Virus record (IMG/VR): IMGVR_UViG_3300042691_029205 | Coordinates: 1 to 64,000 of that record | Direction: 5' to 3' (one strand) | Origin: a virus | DNA: 64,000 bases | Shown here: one piece after another, positions 11,052 to 21,334 of the stretch | Numbering within the stretch: the stretch's first letter is position 1 | How the letters are laid out: the number at the start of each line of letters is the position of its first letter | Made by a program: the position numbers and the translations under genes | Notes under the pieces: model-generated | Told to the model about the DNA's origin: nothing | What the model saw: only the letters and a program-made list of their open reading frames with translations | Database searches by the model: none

Positions 11052-11086
11052 GGTTAGTGGAATTTATTAATAAGTAGGAATATACA

Positions 11087-12004
11087 ATGTTACTCCAAGA
11101 TTTAGAAAAGAAATCTTTAATTCAGCCGCCAGCTTGGTTGTCTCATAATACCCAATTATTAACTGTTATGGGTAGTCTTGCTTATGGTGTGAGTTCTGAT
11201 TCTTCTGATTATGATGTATATGGATGGTGTATTCCTCCACAAGGAATAGTATTTCCTCATCTAAATGGATTAATACCTGGGTTTTCTAAAAACATTCCAA
11301 AGTTTGACCAATGGCAACAACATCATATCTTAGATCAATCGGCCTTAGCTGGTAAAGGTAGAGAATATGACTTTCAAGTTTTTAATGTCGTTAAATATTT
11401 TGCGTTGTGTATGGAAAACAACCCAAATATGATTGATAGTTTGTTTGTACCGCAAAACTGTATTTTACATATCACTCAAGTTGGAAATATTGTTAGAGAA
11501 AATCGTAAGTTGTTTCTACATAAAGGATTATGGCCGAAGTATAAGGGTTACAGTTTTTCGCAGTTACACAAGAGTTTAGGTAAGAATCCAGAAGAAGGTA
11601 GTAAACGTAAAGAGTTACGAGATACTTATGGTATGGATACTAAATTCCTCTACCACGTTGTACGTTTATTGAGTGAAGCCGAACAAATGTTAGCTACTGG
11701 CGACCTAGATTTACAAGAGACTGGTCGTAGAGAACATATGAAGGCTATTCGTCGTGGAGAAGTACCAGAAGAAGAAATTCGTAAGTGGGCAGCAGACAAA
11801 GAGAAACAGCTAGAAGATTTATATCATAAGAGCCATCTTCCTTGGGGGCCGGATGAAAACAAGATCAAACAGTTACTTTTAAATGTATTAGAACACCATT
11901 ATGGTTCATTGGAAAAGTGTGTAACTCAACCTGAAAAGGCGGTAGAAGCACTTAAACAAATAGCTGAAATTATTAATACTAATCATAGGTTATTATATGG
12001 TTAA
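11087..12004 (+). CDS. RlaP-like DNA polymerase beta superfamily nucleotidyltransferase
   Basis: GSLAYGVS...SDYDVYG NTase motif, NPNMIDSLF, YG.DTKF.YH.VRL. Confidence 0.85.
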   Translation: MLLQDLEKKSLIQPPAWLSHNTQLLTVMGSLAYGVSSDSSDYDVYGWCIPPQGIVFPHLNGLIPGFSKNIPKFDQWQQHHILDQSALAGKGREYDFQVFNVVKYFALCMENNPNMIDSLFVPQNCILHITQVGNIVRENRKLFLHKGLWPKYKGYSFSQLHKSLGKNPEEGSKRKELRDTYGMDTKFLYHVVRLLSEAEQMLATGDLDLQETGRREHMKAIRRGEVPEEEIRKWAADKEKQLEDLYHKSHLPWGPDENKIKQLLLNVLEHHYGSLEKCVTQPEKAVEALKQIAEIINTNHRLLYG

Positions 12005-12257
12005 TACAGAAATCTCCCAACAAATAGAAGAATTCTATCAATCAAAAATAAAACCACTAATCGGATATTGATATGATTACCCGCAAAGTAAAAATAGGTA
12101 AAATAGGTGTATCTAAAGCCATTTTAGGAAGAATGGAACCGGATTATATTATACAAATAGATCGAGAAGACAATCAAATTAGATGTGTCTTAACAAAAGA
12201 ACAACTACTACGACACATAAAAAGATGCTTTGCTTTATTAACAGAGGATATAGATGT

Positions 12258-13031
12258 ATGAAAAACGATGCTCTCGGCAACCGTATGAAACTCTACGAAC
12301 AGGAAGAAGCAGGAAGAAAACTTAATCATCTTCTGCCAATAATAGCCCGTATAGATGGCCGCTGTTTTTCTAATTTTACAGCCGGTTTAGAGCGGCCTTT
12401 TGATACTGGTATGTCAGCCTTAATGGTTGAGGTAACTAAAGAACTAGTTCGCGAATTCAATTGTAATATTGGATATACTCAATCAGATGAAATTACATTA
12501 GTTTGGATTCCAAATTTAGATCATATAGAACGACAGATGATTTTTGGGGCTAAGGTAGCTAAGTTAAATTCAATTTTAGCTTCGTCGGCTACAATGTGGT
12601 TTCATACTATGAAGTCTAGATATTTACCAGACTCTCATTTAAATAAGAAAGCTACGTTTGATTGTCGAGTATGGAACGTACCATCTAAAATAGAGGCGGC
12701 TAACTGCTTAGTATGGCGTGAAATCGACTGTATGAAGAATTCTGTTTCTATGGCAGCTATGAATTATTTCAGCCACAAGACTTTAATAGGTAAAACCGGC
12801 AAAGAAAAGAAACAAATGCTGCTAGATATAGGTGTAGATTGGGATAATTATCCTAATTTTTTTAGGAGAGGTAGTTATATACAAAAAGTGCCAACCAGTT
12901 ATATCTTGAACGATGTTGGATATATTAGACATGAATTACATTACATGGAAATACCTTTACTTAAAGACATTAAAAATAAGTCTGAGGTATTATTCGATCA
13001 CAGTGAACCAATCTTAAAGGAGCCTGTTTAA
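12258..13031 (+). CDS. tRNA(His) guanylyltransferase Thg1-like 3'-5' polymerase
   Basis: RMKLYE, IARIDGRCFS.FT....PFD, GYTQSDEITL, FDCRV, WRE.DC..NSVS motifs. Confidence 0.9.
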   Translation: MKNDALGNRMKLYEQEEAGRKLNHLLPIIARIDGRCFSNFTAGLERPFDTGMSALMVEVTKELVREFNCNIGYTQSDEITLVWIPNLDHIERQMIFGAKVAKLNSILASSATMWFHTMKSRYLPDSHLNKKATFDCRVWNVPSKIEAANCLVWREIDCMKNSVSMAAMNYFSHKTLIGKTGKEKKQMLLDIGVDWDNYPNFFRRGSYIQKVPTSYILNDVGYIRHELHYMEIPLLKDIKNKSEVLFDHSEPILKEPV

Positions 13032-13120
13032 TGTTATTCGCCACAACTTATTCGCCCGAATTTACATTTATGTTACTTATTTTCTGCTTAATTGGTTTGG
13101 TTTCCTTAACTAAAAAAGTT

Positions 13121-13204
13121 TGAGTAGGGTTTCACCCTACAACCCAGGAAAAAACTAAGCCCAGCGGCGACTGAGCTTGACAAATGAAAATTACAAGCTA
13201 TAAT
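13121..13204 (+). repeat. ~85-bp intergenic repeat copy 2 (G-run hairpin + dyad + TTGACA-N16-TATAAT promoter)
   Basis: Near-identical to 10417-10505. Confidence 0.85.
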
Positions 13205-13244
13205 AACTTCATAACCCATTTCACTTCTTCAAAGGATTTTACAA

Positions 13245-14021
13245 ATGTCTCAAGTTAAAACAGTTAAAGTTTGCGGTCACACTCTGGATTTTTACAAAGA
13301 TAACCGAACCAAACACCCCGAATACAAGTCTAATCACCAAACCGAAGGTATGAGGTATCGTGAAAAGGGAGAAAGATTACAAAAAGGAGATATTATTTAC
13401 TATTATACTGGTGGCTCAGAACCAGTTTATGGTATAGCTGGTGATTTACGCGATAATCATTCATGTATTAGTGTACTATGCCCAAAAGACGCTCCATATA
13501 CCTTTGATTCAAATATCGAAGTAGTGCGATTTCAACGTGGGGATCGCGTAAAGGTATTGAGGGCTTCTACTAAAGAGGAAGATAGAGGCGGCAAGTGGAA
13601 TAATTCTTGGGTCGATGATATGAACAAAAATATTGATAAAGTTTTTACTGTTAGATCGGCATCCAACACAGGAATTCGTTTTCACGAAGTTGGTTTTGGC
13701 TATCCTTGGTTCTGTTTAGAAAAAGTCGAAGTAGAAACTACACCTAATAAGGTTGAAACAAAACCAAAAGTTGTTAATCGGCCACAAAAAACAATCATTA
13801 ACGTTGTCTTACAGCCTAATGATCGTGTTCGTTTTGATGGAGTAGAATGCCGAACAGCTATTGATAATTATGGAACGGCTTATTTTATTCAGAAAGACTG
13901 GCGTTTTCACAAAGTATTTGTATCTAAAGCTGTTTTAGATTCAAGCCTTAGTGGATTATTCAAAGCTAAAGTAGAATACTACAACAAAAAGTCTAAACGC
14001 TGGTTTAGGGTTGCACCATAA
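13245..14021 (+). CDS. Hypothetical multi-domain early protein
   Basis: 258-aa ORF behind a strong promoter; AAGGA RBS. Confidence 0.75.
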   Translation: MSQVKTVKVCGHTLDFYKDNRTKHPEYKSNHQTEGMRYREKGERLQKGDIIYYYTGGSEPVYGIAGDLRDNHSCISVLCPKDAPYTFDSNIEVVRFQRGDRVKVLRASTKEEDRGGKWNNSWVDDMNKNIDKVFTVRSASNTGIRFHEVGFGYPWFCLEKVEVETTPNKVETKPKVVNRPQKTIINVVLQPNDRVRFDGVECRTAIDNYGTAYFIQKDWRFHKVFVSKAVLDSSLSGLFKAKVEYYNKKSKRWFRVAP

Positions 14022-14023
14022 AA

Positions 14024-14121
14024 ACCCGCAGTAGAGAACCAGTATAAATGAACTATACTATTTGGGAAGTAAGATTTCGCTGGTCAACTGAATACTTTGC
14101 GGTTGACCCACTTTTATTTTT
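14024..14121 (+). ncRNA. Putative structured RNA / terminator
   Basis: CCGCA-GTA/TAC-TT-TGCGG outer stem, ACCAGT/GCTGGT inner stem, followed by a T-rich tract. Confidence 0.35.
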
Positions 14122-14147
14122 AATTTGGTCTATATTATTCATAATGG

Positions 14148-15997
14148 TTGTGCATAAAGGGTTTTTCGATGGATACGACTACTTTACCGATGGTTGATAT
14201 TGCAGATTGGTGTGTAGTTCAAGAGGATATTGATCCATATTGTCCACCTGAAAGTCGCTATACAATGCTTCGTGGGGTAGTATATGGCCATCCACGCAAA
14301 CCAGATGGAATGGTAGTTGTAACTAGTCCAATTATAAACGTAGCTGGACGAATTGTAACTACTAAACATACTTGTTATCGTTTGTTGAAACCATCAGAAG
14401 AATATATTAGCTGGTGCTTGAAGAATGGGTATCCAGACCCCACAGATTCAGATCAACCAATTCGGGTTGTACACTAAAAATCCACAAGCAAGGAAAAACA
14501 ATGTATAAACAATATGAAGATAATGAAGATGGTCAAGCTAGACAACGACTCGAACATCCTCATGGAGAAGAATATCCTGGTCAATACGATGCAGAGCGAA
14601 GATGTCTAATGGAACATTCAGATAATCCGTCTGAAATTGAAAAGAAATACGGAAAACTACAAGGATACAGAGAGATCAAAAATAATGAATAATATCACTT
14701 TAGAATTCGCTATCTATTTTTATGCTTGGGCTGGGCTAACCAGCGTTATTTTTTTATCCAGTTTATTAATTTATATAATTGGACAATCTATTTTAGAGTG
14801 GACACTAGACAAACTAGCACATCATCATTATGTACGATATAGCGTTGGACTTTTAATTGGAATGGCCACTTCTAAGATTCCATACATAAGAGGTGATAAG
14901 TATTTTGTACTAACTCAATTAGAACATAGATTTTGGTTAATGGCTACTGAAAATCCTGATTTAGCCCGCGATTTTATTCGCATAGTTCATAAACCTAAAA
15001 CCAAAGAACATAGAGAACTTTTTAGCTATATGTTTGGAATTAAATTACTTGAGACAATGGATGAACTTAGAATATCTCTTATAGAAGATAACAAGGAGTT
15101 ATCAAATGACTCGGAAGAAGACTAAAACAAAACAGATTCAATGTGGTAAAAAAAATACCATGCTTAACTATTGAAGCTGAAAAAGTAATAGATAGCGGCC
15201 TGGATAAGATATTTACTAAGTTGGCATCTATGAAGTCTGTGGAATATATACAAGTATATCCAGACGACGATATCTATGAACCAGAAGGATACCAAATTGT
15301 TCCTCTTAATACAGATACCTCGTTTAGAGAACAATTTTTAGAACAAATGGAAAATTTACTTATTGAAAAGTTATATAGATATACGAAAGATAATAAATAA
15401 GGAAAATACTATATGTTAAAATCAGAAAAAATAGCGGTTACAACTACTCTTGTATTAATAGTATTAATTACTCTGTTAAATTTTGGCTGGATGTGGATTT
15501 GTGCCAGCCAGGAAGCCGCAACGTATAATAAAATAACAGGGACTAGCGTAACCACCTGGGATGCCCTGTGGGTAGAACTAAGAGTAGATTCACAACCAAA
15601 AAAGAGAGATTAATAATGTTCGCCAACTGTCAAAGCGAGTATGCTTATTTTTGTAACCTATCTGATGAAGAAAAGTTTCTTCTAATGAAGGAAATGGCCG
15701 ACCATCTTATAGATTTAGAGTCTATTCACTGGTCAAACAAAGAACCTGGATATTACTGGAGTTGTTCGGGAGCTAAGTTGGGAGTAGAAGATGAAAGTTA
15801 AGAAACTCATTAATATATTAAATATCTACTCCAAAAATCTAAAAGTTTATAAGGCCGCTGATGACGAAGGAAACTCCTTCCAAGAACTATACGAAGGTTC
15901 TATTGGTATCTTGTATAAGAATCTGGATACCGGAGATATAGTTGGTGAATGTGACATTGAAGATGACGGAAATTACGAAGAGATTCTTGTACTCTAA
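14148..15997 (+). other. Run of short hypothetical CDSs (14148-14477, ~14500-14692, ~14685-15125, 15143-15400, 15413-15613, ~15616-15801, 15791-15997)
   Basis: Tightly packed + strand ORFs, some with TM segments. Confidence 0.65.
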
Positions 15998-16014
15998 AAA
16001 TAAGCAGCGTAGCT

Positions 16015-16830
16015 ATGGCATTTTGTTTTATTGGTAGTTATCCGTTGTATTGTCTTACTGGTGGTAAAATTCCATATAAAGACATTGATGTATTGACAGA
16101 TAATATTGAACATGCTAAACATTACATTCTTACTGAATATAAACTAGGCGAAGCTAAAATTGAGTATCACCTAGCCACAGGCGAAATGTTGGAGTTTTTA
16201 TACGATAACCCTACATATCCACCATTAAATGAACTTTTAACTCTTAAACTAAGCCACATGCAATGGGATATTAACTGGAAAAAACACGCAGAACAAGCAG
16301 TTTTACTAATGAGTTCTTACGGATGTACTCCTGATATATCTTTGTTTTACTCTTTCTCACGATACTGGAAAAAACACCACGGAGATAATAAAAAACACAT
16401 TACACTAAACAAGGAAAACTACGAGTTTTTTGACAATGGTGTAACCTATAAATTTGTCCACGATGATCTGCACGAAGCGGTCAAACATAAAAAACACCCG
16501 ATGTATTGGTATATCAAGGAAGATAAAAACTCCGCAAAAACTAGCGACTCACTACTTAACAAATTGAGTCCGCAGGATAAAATATTGTTATGCAGAGAAG
16601 AAATGTATGTCGTTGCCCTGGAACGCTTTATAATTCCCAGCAATTTTACATGTGATCCAGTGGTAGCTTGTCGGAGAGCCTTATATAAATTGTGTACCTC
16701 GATGACTAAGGGTTTATTTTGTCAGACGATTTTGTTTAATTTACACCATCTTTGGAATCCAGATTTAGACTTTATTTATAAGTTTAATCGGGCTTATTTT
16801 AATAATCAATTAACACTAGCACAAGGATAA
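16015..16830 (+). CDS. Phage nucleotidyltransferase-like protein
   Basis: FIGS.......KDIDV NTase-like start; LKLSH, HDDLHEAV, EE.YV.ALER motifs. Confidence 0.6.
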   Translation: MAFCFIGSYPLYCLTGGKIPYKDIDVLTDNIEHAKHYILTEYKLGEAKIEYHLATGEMLEFLYDNPTYPPLNELLTLKLSHMQWDINWKKHAEQAVLLMSSYGCTPDISLFYSFSRYWKKHHGDNKKHITLNKENYEFFDNGVTYKFVHDDLHEAVKHKKHPMYWYIKEDKNSAKTSDSLLNKLSPQDKILLCREEMYVVALERFIIPSNFTCDPVVACRRALYKLCTSMTKGLFCQTILFNLHHLWNPDLDFIYKFNRAYFNNQLTLAQG

Positions 16831-16833
16831 CGT

Positions 16834-17172
16834 ATGAGTACGCTTAAAGATTTTAAGTCTGTTTTAGATGAATTAGAAGTTAGCGTTTCGGACTTTCTAA
16901 ACGACTTTGAGTATGAAGACTATTCACATGCTCCAGAAGACAAGGAACAGGAATACAAGGATTTACTAGCAAGTTGTGAATCTGTATCTGTTGGAAGTCA
17001 TTATGACGGGAAAGTATACGACATTATTTTCAAATGGAAAGATATCTTTATTCGTGGGTCTGGTTGGTATTCTTCATGGGGTGATTCTAGTCACGAAGAC
17101 TATTTAGAAGAAGTAGTACCAGTAGAAAAAACAATAATTCAATATGTAAATAAAAACAATAAGAAAGGTTAA
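16834..17172 (+). CDS. Acidic hypothetical protein (paralog A)
   Basis: DIIFKWKD.FIRGSGWYSSW...EEVVPVEKTIIQYV. Confidence 0.75.
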   Translation: MSTLKDFKSVLDELEVSVSDFLNDFEYEDYSHAPEDKEQEYKDLLASCESVSVGSHYDGKVYDIIFKWKDIFIRGSGWYSSWGDSSHEDYLEEVVPVEKTIIQYVNKNNKKG

Positions 17173-17180
17173 GTATCACT

Positions 17181-17510
17181 ATGGACGAATTACTTTCAGA
17201 ACTAGATAAGTGGAATATCAACGTAGCAGATATGTTGAAATATATAAATCAAGAAGATTGGGAAGACCCAGATTTAGATGATTTTGATGAAAACGAATGG
17301 GAAAATTTTATAGGGTCTTTTGAGCTAATAGATAGCGGCTTTAAAGGAGATGGTCAGTTGTTTGATATAATCTTTAGATACAAAGACAAGTATTTTAAAG
17401 GTTATGGTAAGTATTCATCTTGGGACTCAACTAGATACAATAGTGATTTAGTAGAAGTGTTTCCAAAACAGGTTACTATTACCGAATACGTGGAACAAGA
17501 AGACTTATAA
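17181..17510 (+). CDS. Acidic hypothetical protein (paralog B)
   Basis: DIIFRYKD.YFKGYGKYSSW...VEVFPKQVTITEYV. Confidence 0.75.
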   Translation: MDELLSELDKWNINVADMLKYINQEDWEDPDLDDFDENEWENFIGSFELIDSGFKGDGQLFDIIFRYKDKYFKGYGKYSSWDSTRYNSDLVEVFPKQVTITEYVEQEDL

Positions 17511-18484
17511 TGACTCTTAAACAAATACAACTATTGATAAAGAACCAGAATGCTTGGGATTTATTTGGTTCTGATATAGATAGCCGCCTTAAAGAACTTT
17601 TAGTCGGTTGTCACCCTGATCGTTTTGAAGATGAAAAAGATAAAGAACTAGCTCTATCCCTATCAAAACAGCTATCCTTATTAGCGGAGAAAGCTAGAGA
17701 GCCTCGTTTGTCAATCTTGGACTATTTATTCGTCAAGGATATTTGTACCGGCGACTCTTCTTATGTTCGTCTGTTTGAAAAAGCAGGGAAAAAGTATATA
17801 TTCAAAAGCCCGCTTTCCGATGGGGTTAAGAAGCTAGTCGGGACTGAATTTAATCTAACTAAAGACTTAGTGAGTAAGTCTACTGGTCAGGTTTTTGAGA
17901 AGTTTTTTAGAAAGCCGGTCGAGATTATAATCGACGCTAAAAATAAAGACTATCACTGTGTATATGAATATACAGATGGTTTGATTTCAGTGGCCGATTT
18001 GATTAATATGTTTCCTAGCGGCCTAGATGGTCGTCATATTGTATGGATAACACGTAGAGTATTAGCCGCCCTAGCTTATTTACATTCTCAAGATATTTGT
18101 CATAATGCACCTACGCCAGATCATTTACTTGTAGAGTATAAGGGTCATGGTTTAGTATTGGCTGGGCTGCTGCATTCTACAAAAACCGGAGAAAAACCAC
18201 CTGTTATTCCTGCTAAATATACTGATATATATCCTGATAAATGGGTCAAGGACATTAAAAAAGCCAGTAGCGGGCTAGACATTTATCTAGCAATCAGTTC
18301 AATGCTTAAACTTGCTGGCATAAATTGTCATACTCGAATTAAGAATTTTCTCAAGGGGGTTCAGCTTGAGAGCTTGACAAACCCACAATCGGGAATTATA
18401 ATACATGATGAGCTTGGTGATTTGGCAAAGTCTTTATACGGGAAACCGAAATTTTTTGAATTGGAGCTAATTAATGAAACTTAG
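17510..18484 (+). CDS. J-domain-like (HPD) + protein-kinase-fold protein, probable pseudokinase
   Basis: DLFG...CHPDR N-terminal J-like module; LAYLHSQDICHNAPTPDHLLV (HRD->HNA) and LVLAG (no DFG Asp). Confidence 0.7.
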   Translation: MTLKQIQLLIKNQNAWDLFGSDIDSRLKELLVGCHPDRFEDEKDKELALSLSKQLSLLAEKAREPRLSILDYLFVKDICTGDSSYVRLFEKAGKKYIFKSPLSDGVKKLVGTEFNLTKDLVSKSTGQVFEKFFRKPVEIIIDAKNKDYHCVYEYTDGLISVADLINMFPSGLDGRHIVWITRRVLAALAYLHSQDICHNAPTPDHLLVEYKGHGLVLAGLLHSTKTGEKPPVIPAKYTDIYPDKWVKDIKKASSGLDIYLAISSMLKLAGINCHTRIKNFLKGVQLESLTNPQSGIIIHDELGDLAKSLYGKPKFFELELINET

Positions 18485-18710
18485 AAAATGGATACTACAT
18501 CAATTAGATGAAATGTTAGAGTGTATTAAATACGCTAGAACAGATTATATTAGTAGTCAATTAACACCTATTGGACCACCAGTAGAAAAACAATTTACTT
18601 CGGTTCGTTCTACAATAAGAGCAGAAAAAGCACTATGTAAAATAGAATCAATAGTAAAAGCAATTAAATCTTTACTTACACCAGAAAAAATCTTTACCAA
18701 AGGACAATAA
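18474..18710 (+). CDS. Hypothetical protein
   Basis: 78-aa ORF between the kinase-like and vWA genes. Confidence 0.6.
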   Translation: MKLRKWILHQLDEMLECIKYARTDYISSQLTPIGPPVEKQFTSVRSTIRAEKALCKIESIVKAIKSLLTPEKIFTKGQ

Positions 18711-18712
18711 AT

Positions 18713-19684
18713 ATGGGAACATCAAATTATTCAGCCGATCTTTATAACCACAAGGCGGTTCTACGAGCTAAAACAGCCACGCCTGTATTTGCTCACTCTG
18801 CTGCTGTTAGCTCTGGAAAGGCAGCAAGAGCTACACATGATAGCTTAAATCCAGTCAAATTCACTAATAAAATTCGTGAAAGTCGAGACTCAGCAGAACA
18901 CCCGAATTCACTAGCTATTGCGGTAGCCTTCGATGTGACTGGTTCTATGGGTGGTGTGCCTAAAACAGTACAAAGCAAACTTAATACGCTAATGAGTTTG
19001 TTACTGAAAAAGGGCTATGTGGAAGACCCCCATATTATGCCTGCTGCTTTTGGTGATTCATATTGCGACGACGGGCCAATTCAAGTTGGTCAGTTTGAAG
19101 CGGGTAATGAGGTGGAAGATCATCTTACTAATATCTGGTTAGAAGGTGGTGGTGGAGGCCAAGTTAGTGAGTCGCCAGGACTGTTTCTGTATTACATGGC
19201 AAATTATACCTCAATTGACTGCTTTGAAAAACGCGGCAAAAAGGGCTATATTTTCATTATTACGGATGAAAAGTCACACCCTGTTTCTAAAGAACATATT
19301 AAGGAATTTCTTGGAGTGGACACTGAAAAAGACTACTCGTTCCAAGAGGTTTTAGATATGGCTCGTACCAAGTATAATGTATTTGTTATTATGCCTAATT
19401 TAACGTGTCACTATAATGACTCACAAGTTAATAACTTCTGGAAGTCGCATTTAGGCGAGAATTTTCTCAAGTTAGACGATCCTGATACTGTAGCTGAATT
19501 GATTGCCTCAACAATTGGACTCTGTGAGGGTAATGTTGATAACGATCAATTAATAGATGATTTAACCGATGCTGGTTTATCGAAGAATTCTATTGATTCA
19601 GTAACAAAAACCCTATCTACAGTCACTACTAATACAGCAATCTCGAATAAAAAGTATAGTGGGACTGGTTTAAAACCACTATAA
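18713..19684 (+). CDS. vWA-domain protein
   Basis: AVAFDVTGSMG MIDAS motif, QVGQFE, LEGGGGG..ES, YIFIITDE. Confidence 0.85.
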   Translation: MGTSNYSADLYNHKAVLRAKTATPVFAHSAAVSSGKAARATHDSLNPVKFTNKIRESRDSAEHPNSLAIAVAFDVTGSMGGVPKTVQSKLNTLMSLLLKKGYVEDPHIMPAAFGDSYCDDGPIQVGQFEAGNEVEDHLTNIWLEGGGGGQVSESPGLFLYYMANYTSIDCFEKRGKKGYIFIITDEKSHPVSKEHIKEFLGVDTEKDYSFQEVLDMARTKYNVFVIMPNLTCHYNDSQVNNFWKSHLGENFLKLDDPDTVAELIASTIGLCEGNVDNDQLIDDLTDAGLSKNSIDSVTKTLSTVTTNTAISNKKYSGTGLKPL

Positions 19685-19708
19685 AACTCAATTTGAGTTA
19701 TCGATTCT

Positions 19709-19736
19709 AGCCCCTTGAAAGAGGGACTTGTTTTTT
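19709..19736 (+). terminator. Probable intrinsic terminator overlapping the next promoter
   Basis: AGCCCCTT-GAAA-GAGGGACT hairpin followed by TGTTTTTT. Confidence 0.55.
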
Positions 19737-19761
19737 GCCTGCGGTAAGCTATAATAAAGAC

Positions 19762-21334
19762 ATGAAATACGAAATAAAAGTTAAATATTTATTATCTGGT
19801 ACTAAAGATTGGCAATTTAAAACTTTAACAGTTAAGGACACGGATAATTTTTGTAAAATCATAGATCAAATTAACGAGTTATTTACAGGTGTTCTGCATT
19901 TCTTATCAGGTAGGAAATTAGAAAATGATAATTTATCGCTCTGTGCAACAAAGAGTGGATGTACTGGATGTATAGAAGACGAAACATATAAACATGGATA
20001 TCGTTTTAACTACGACGATGGGACAACGGATGCTGGAGAATATAGAAAGAAAGGAATGGTAATATATCATTATGCAGATAAAATTAAAAACCCCGAAAAA
20101 TCATCACCTACCTCGTAAGGTTGTGATCGAACTAAGTGTCAATGAGTTTAATTTACTACATAATGCAATAGATTCGATAGAACTAGACGATCCAGACGAA
20201 CATGATTTTATTACATTGTTACAAGAAGAATTAGAGGTAATTCATGGAGATTTGTAGAGGTTCGATTTTTTTAAAATCGGCTTGTGGTAGATGTGAAAAA
20301 TGTCAAAATGATATTGTCGCTATAGCTAAAAGCCTAAATTATTATCTACATAAAACAGACGAAGAAACTAGAGAAGTTGCTTGTAGCGAAGTTACAAATA
20401 ATATCTGCTTACACTGTTTTGGTACTGATAAACCTTGTTATTGCTGGAGAGACGAGTAATGTCAATGTCAACATATGTTTATGGTGTTCGTGATTTAGAT
20501 GGTATGTTTGCTAAAATGATGAGGGTTAAGAAAGTCTGCGATACAGCAGGCATCAGTTATCCAAAAGAGGTAACTGAATATTTTAAAGACCCAGGGGAAA
20601 ACGAAGAAACAATAAGAAGAGAAATGGAAACTCTTGAAATCAAATTCGAGAGAAACAGTCGAAATGGTGAATATATATATGAAGTACAATTAGAAGATTT
20701 ACCTAAAGAAGTGAAGGCTATTAGATTTATTAATTCATGGTAATAGGGGTTTCACCCATATAACCCAAGGAAAAAAGAACAATGTACGATATAATAGAAG
20801 CATTAACAAAAGAAGTAAATCAATCTCTTTGGAATGCTTTTTATACAAATGAATGGTCAAAGTTTATAGAAACAGTAATTCCAAAGATGAAAACTATATC
20901 TGATTTAATGGAAGAAGATCAAGAATGGTGGGAAGATTACAACGAACCAGCAAAATAAAGTATTAAATATGCCATACGATAGACCTCCTATTAAACTTAC
21001 GATGTTAATATTAGAGCAGGGTCATCACGAAGGTGCTAGATTAGCATGTATCCCACTTTTTGTTTATCATTATGATTTAACAAGAGAAAAGCTAATTAGT
21101 GTTTTTTTAGATAATATTAAATTAGTGTTACAAGAAACGAATAATAAACAAACGGTATATAATTGGTTACTAGATCAATTTAACTTGGAATCTCATGAAA
21201 CATGTGGAGACAAAGTTTGGGATCATTTAGATTCAATGGGAATTAAATTTATCCCTGATTTAGATATAGATATTAAAATAGACAACATTGTATTATTAGA
21301 CGTTTACTCACTAGAGGATGATTATAATGACTAA
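19762..21334 (+). other. Short hypothetical CDSs (19762-20118, 20072-20257, 20244-20459, ~20459-20743, 20782-20958, 20969-21334)
   Basis: Packed ORFs; TATAAT at 19750-55 upstream. Confidence 0.6.
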
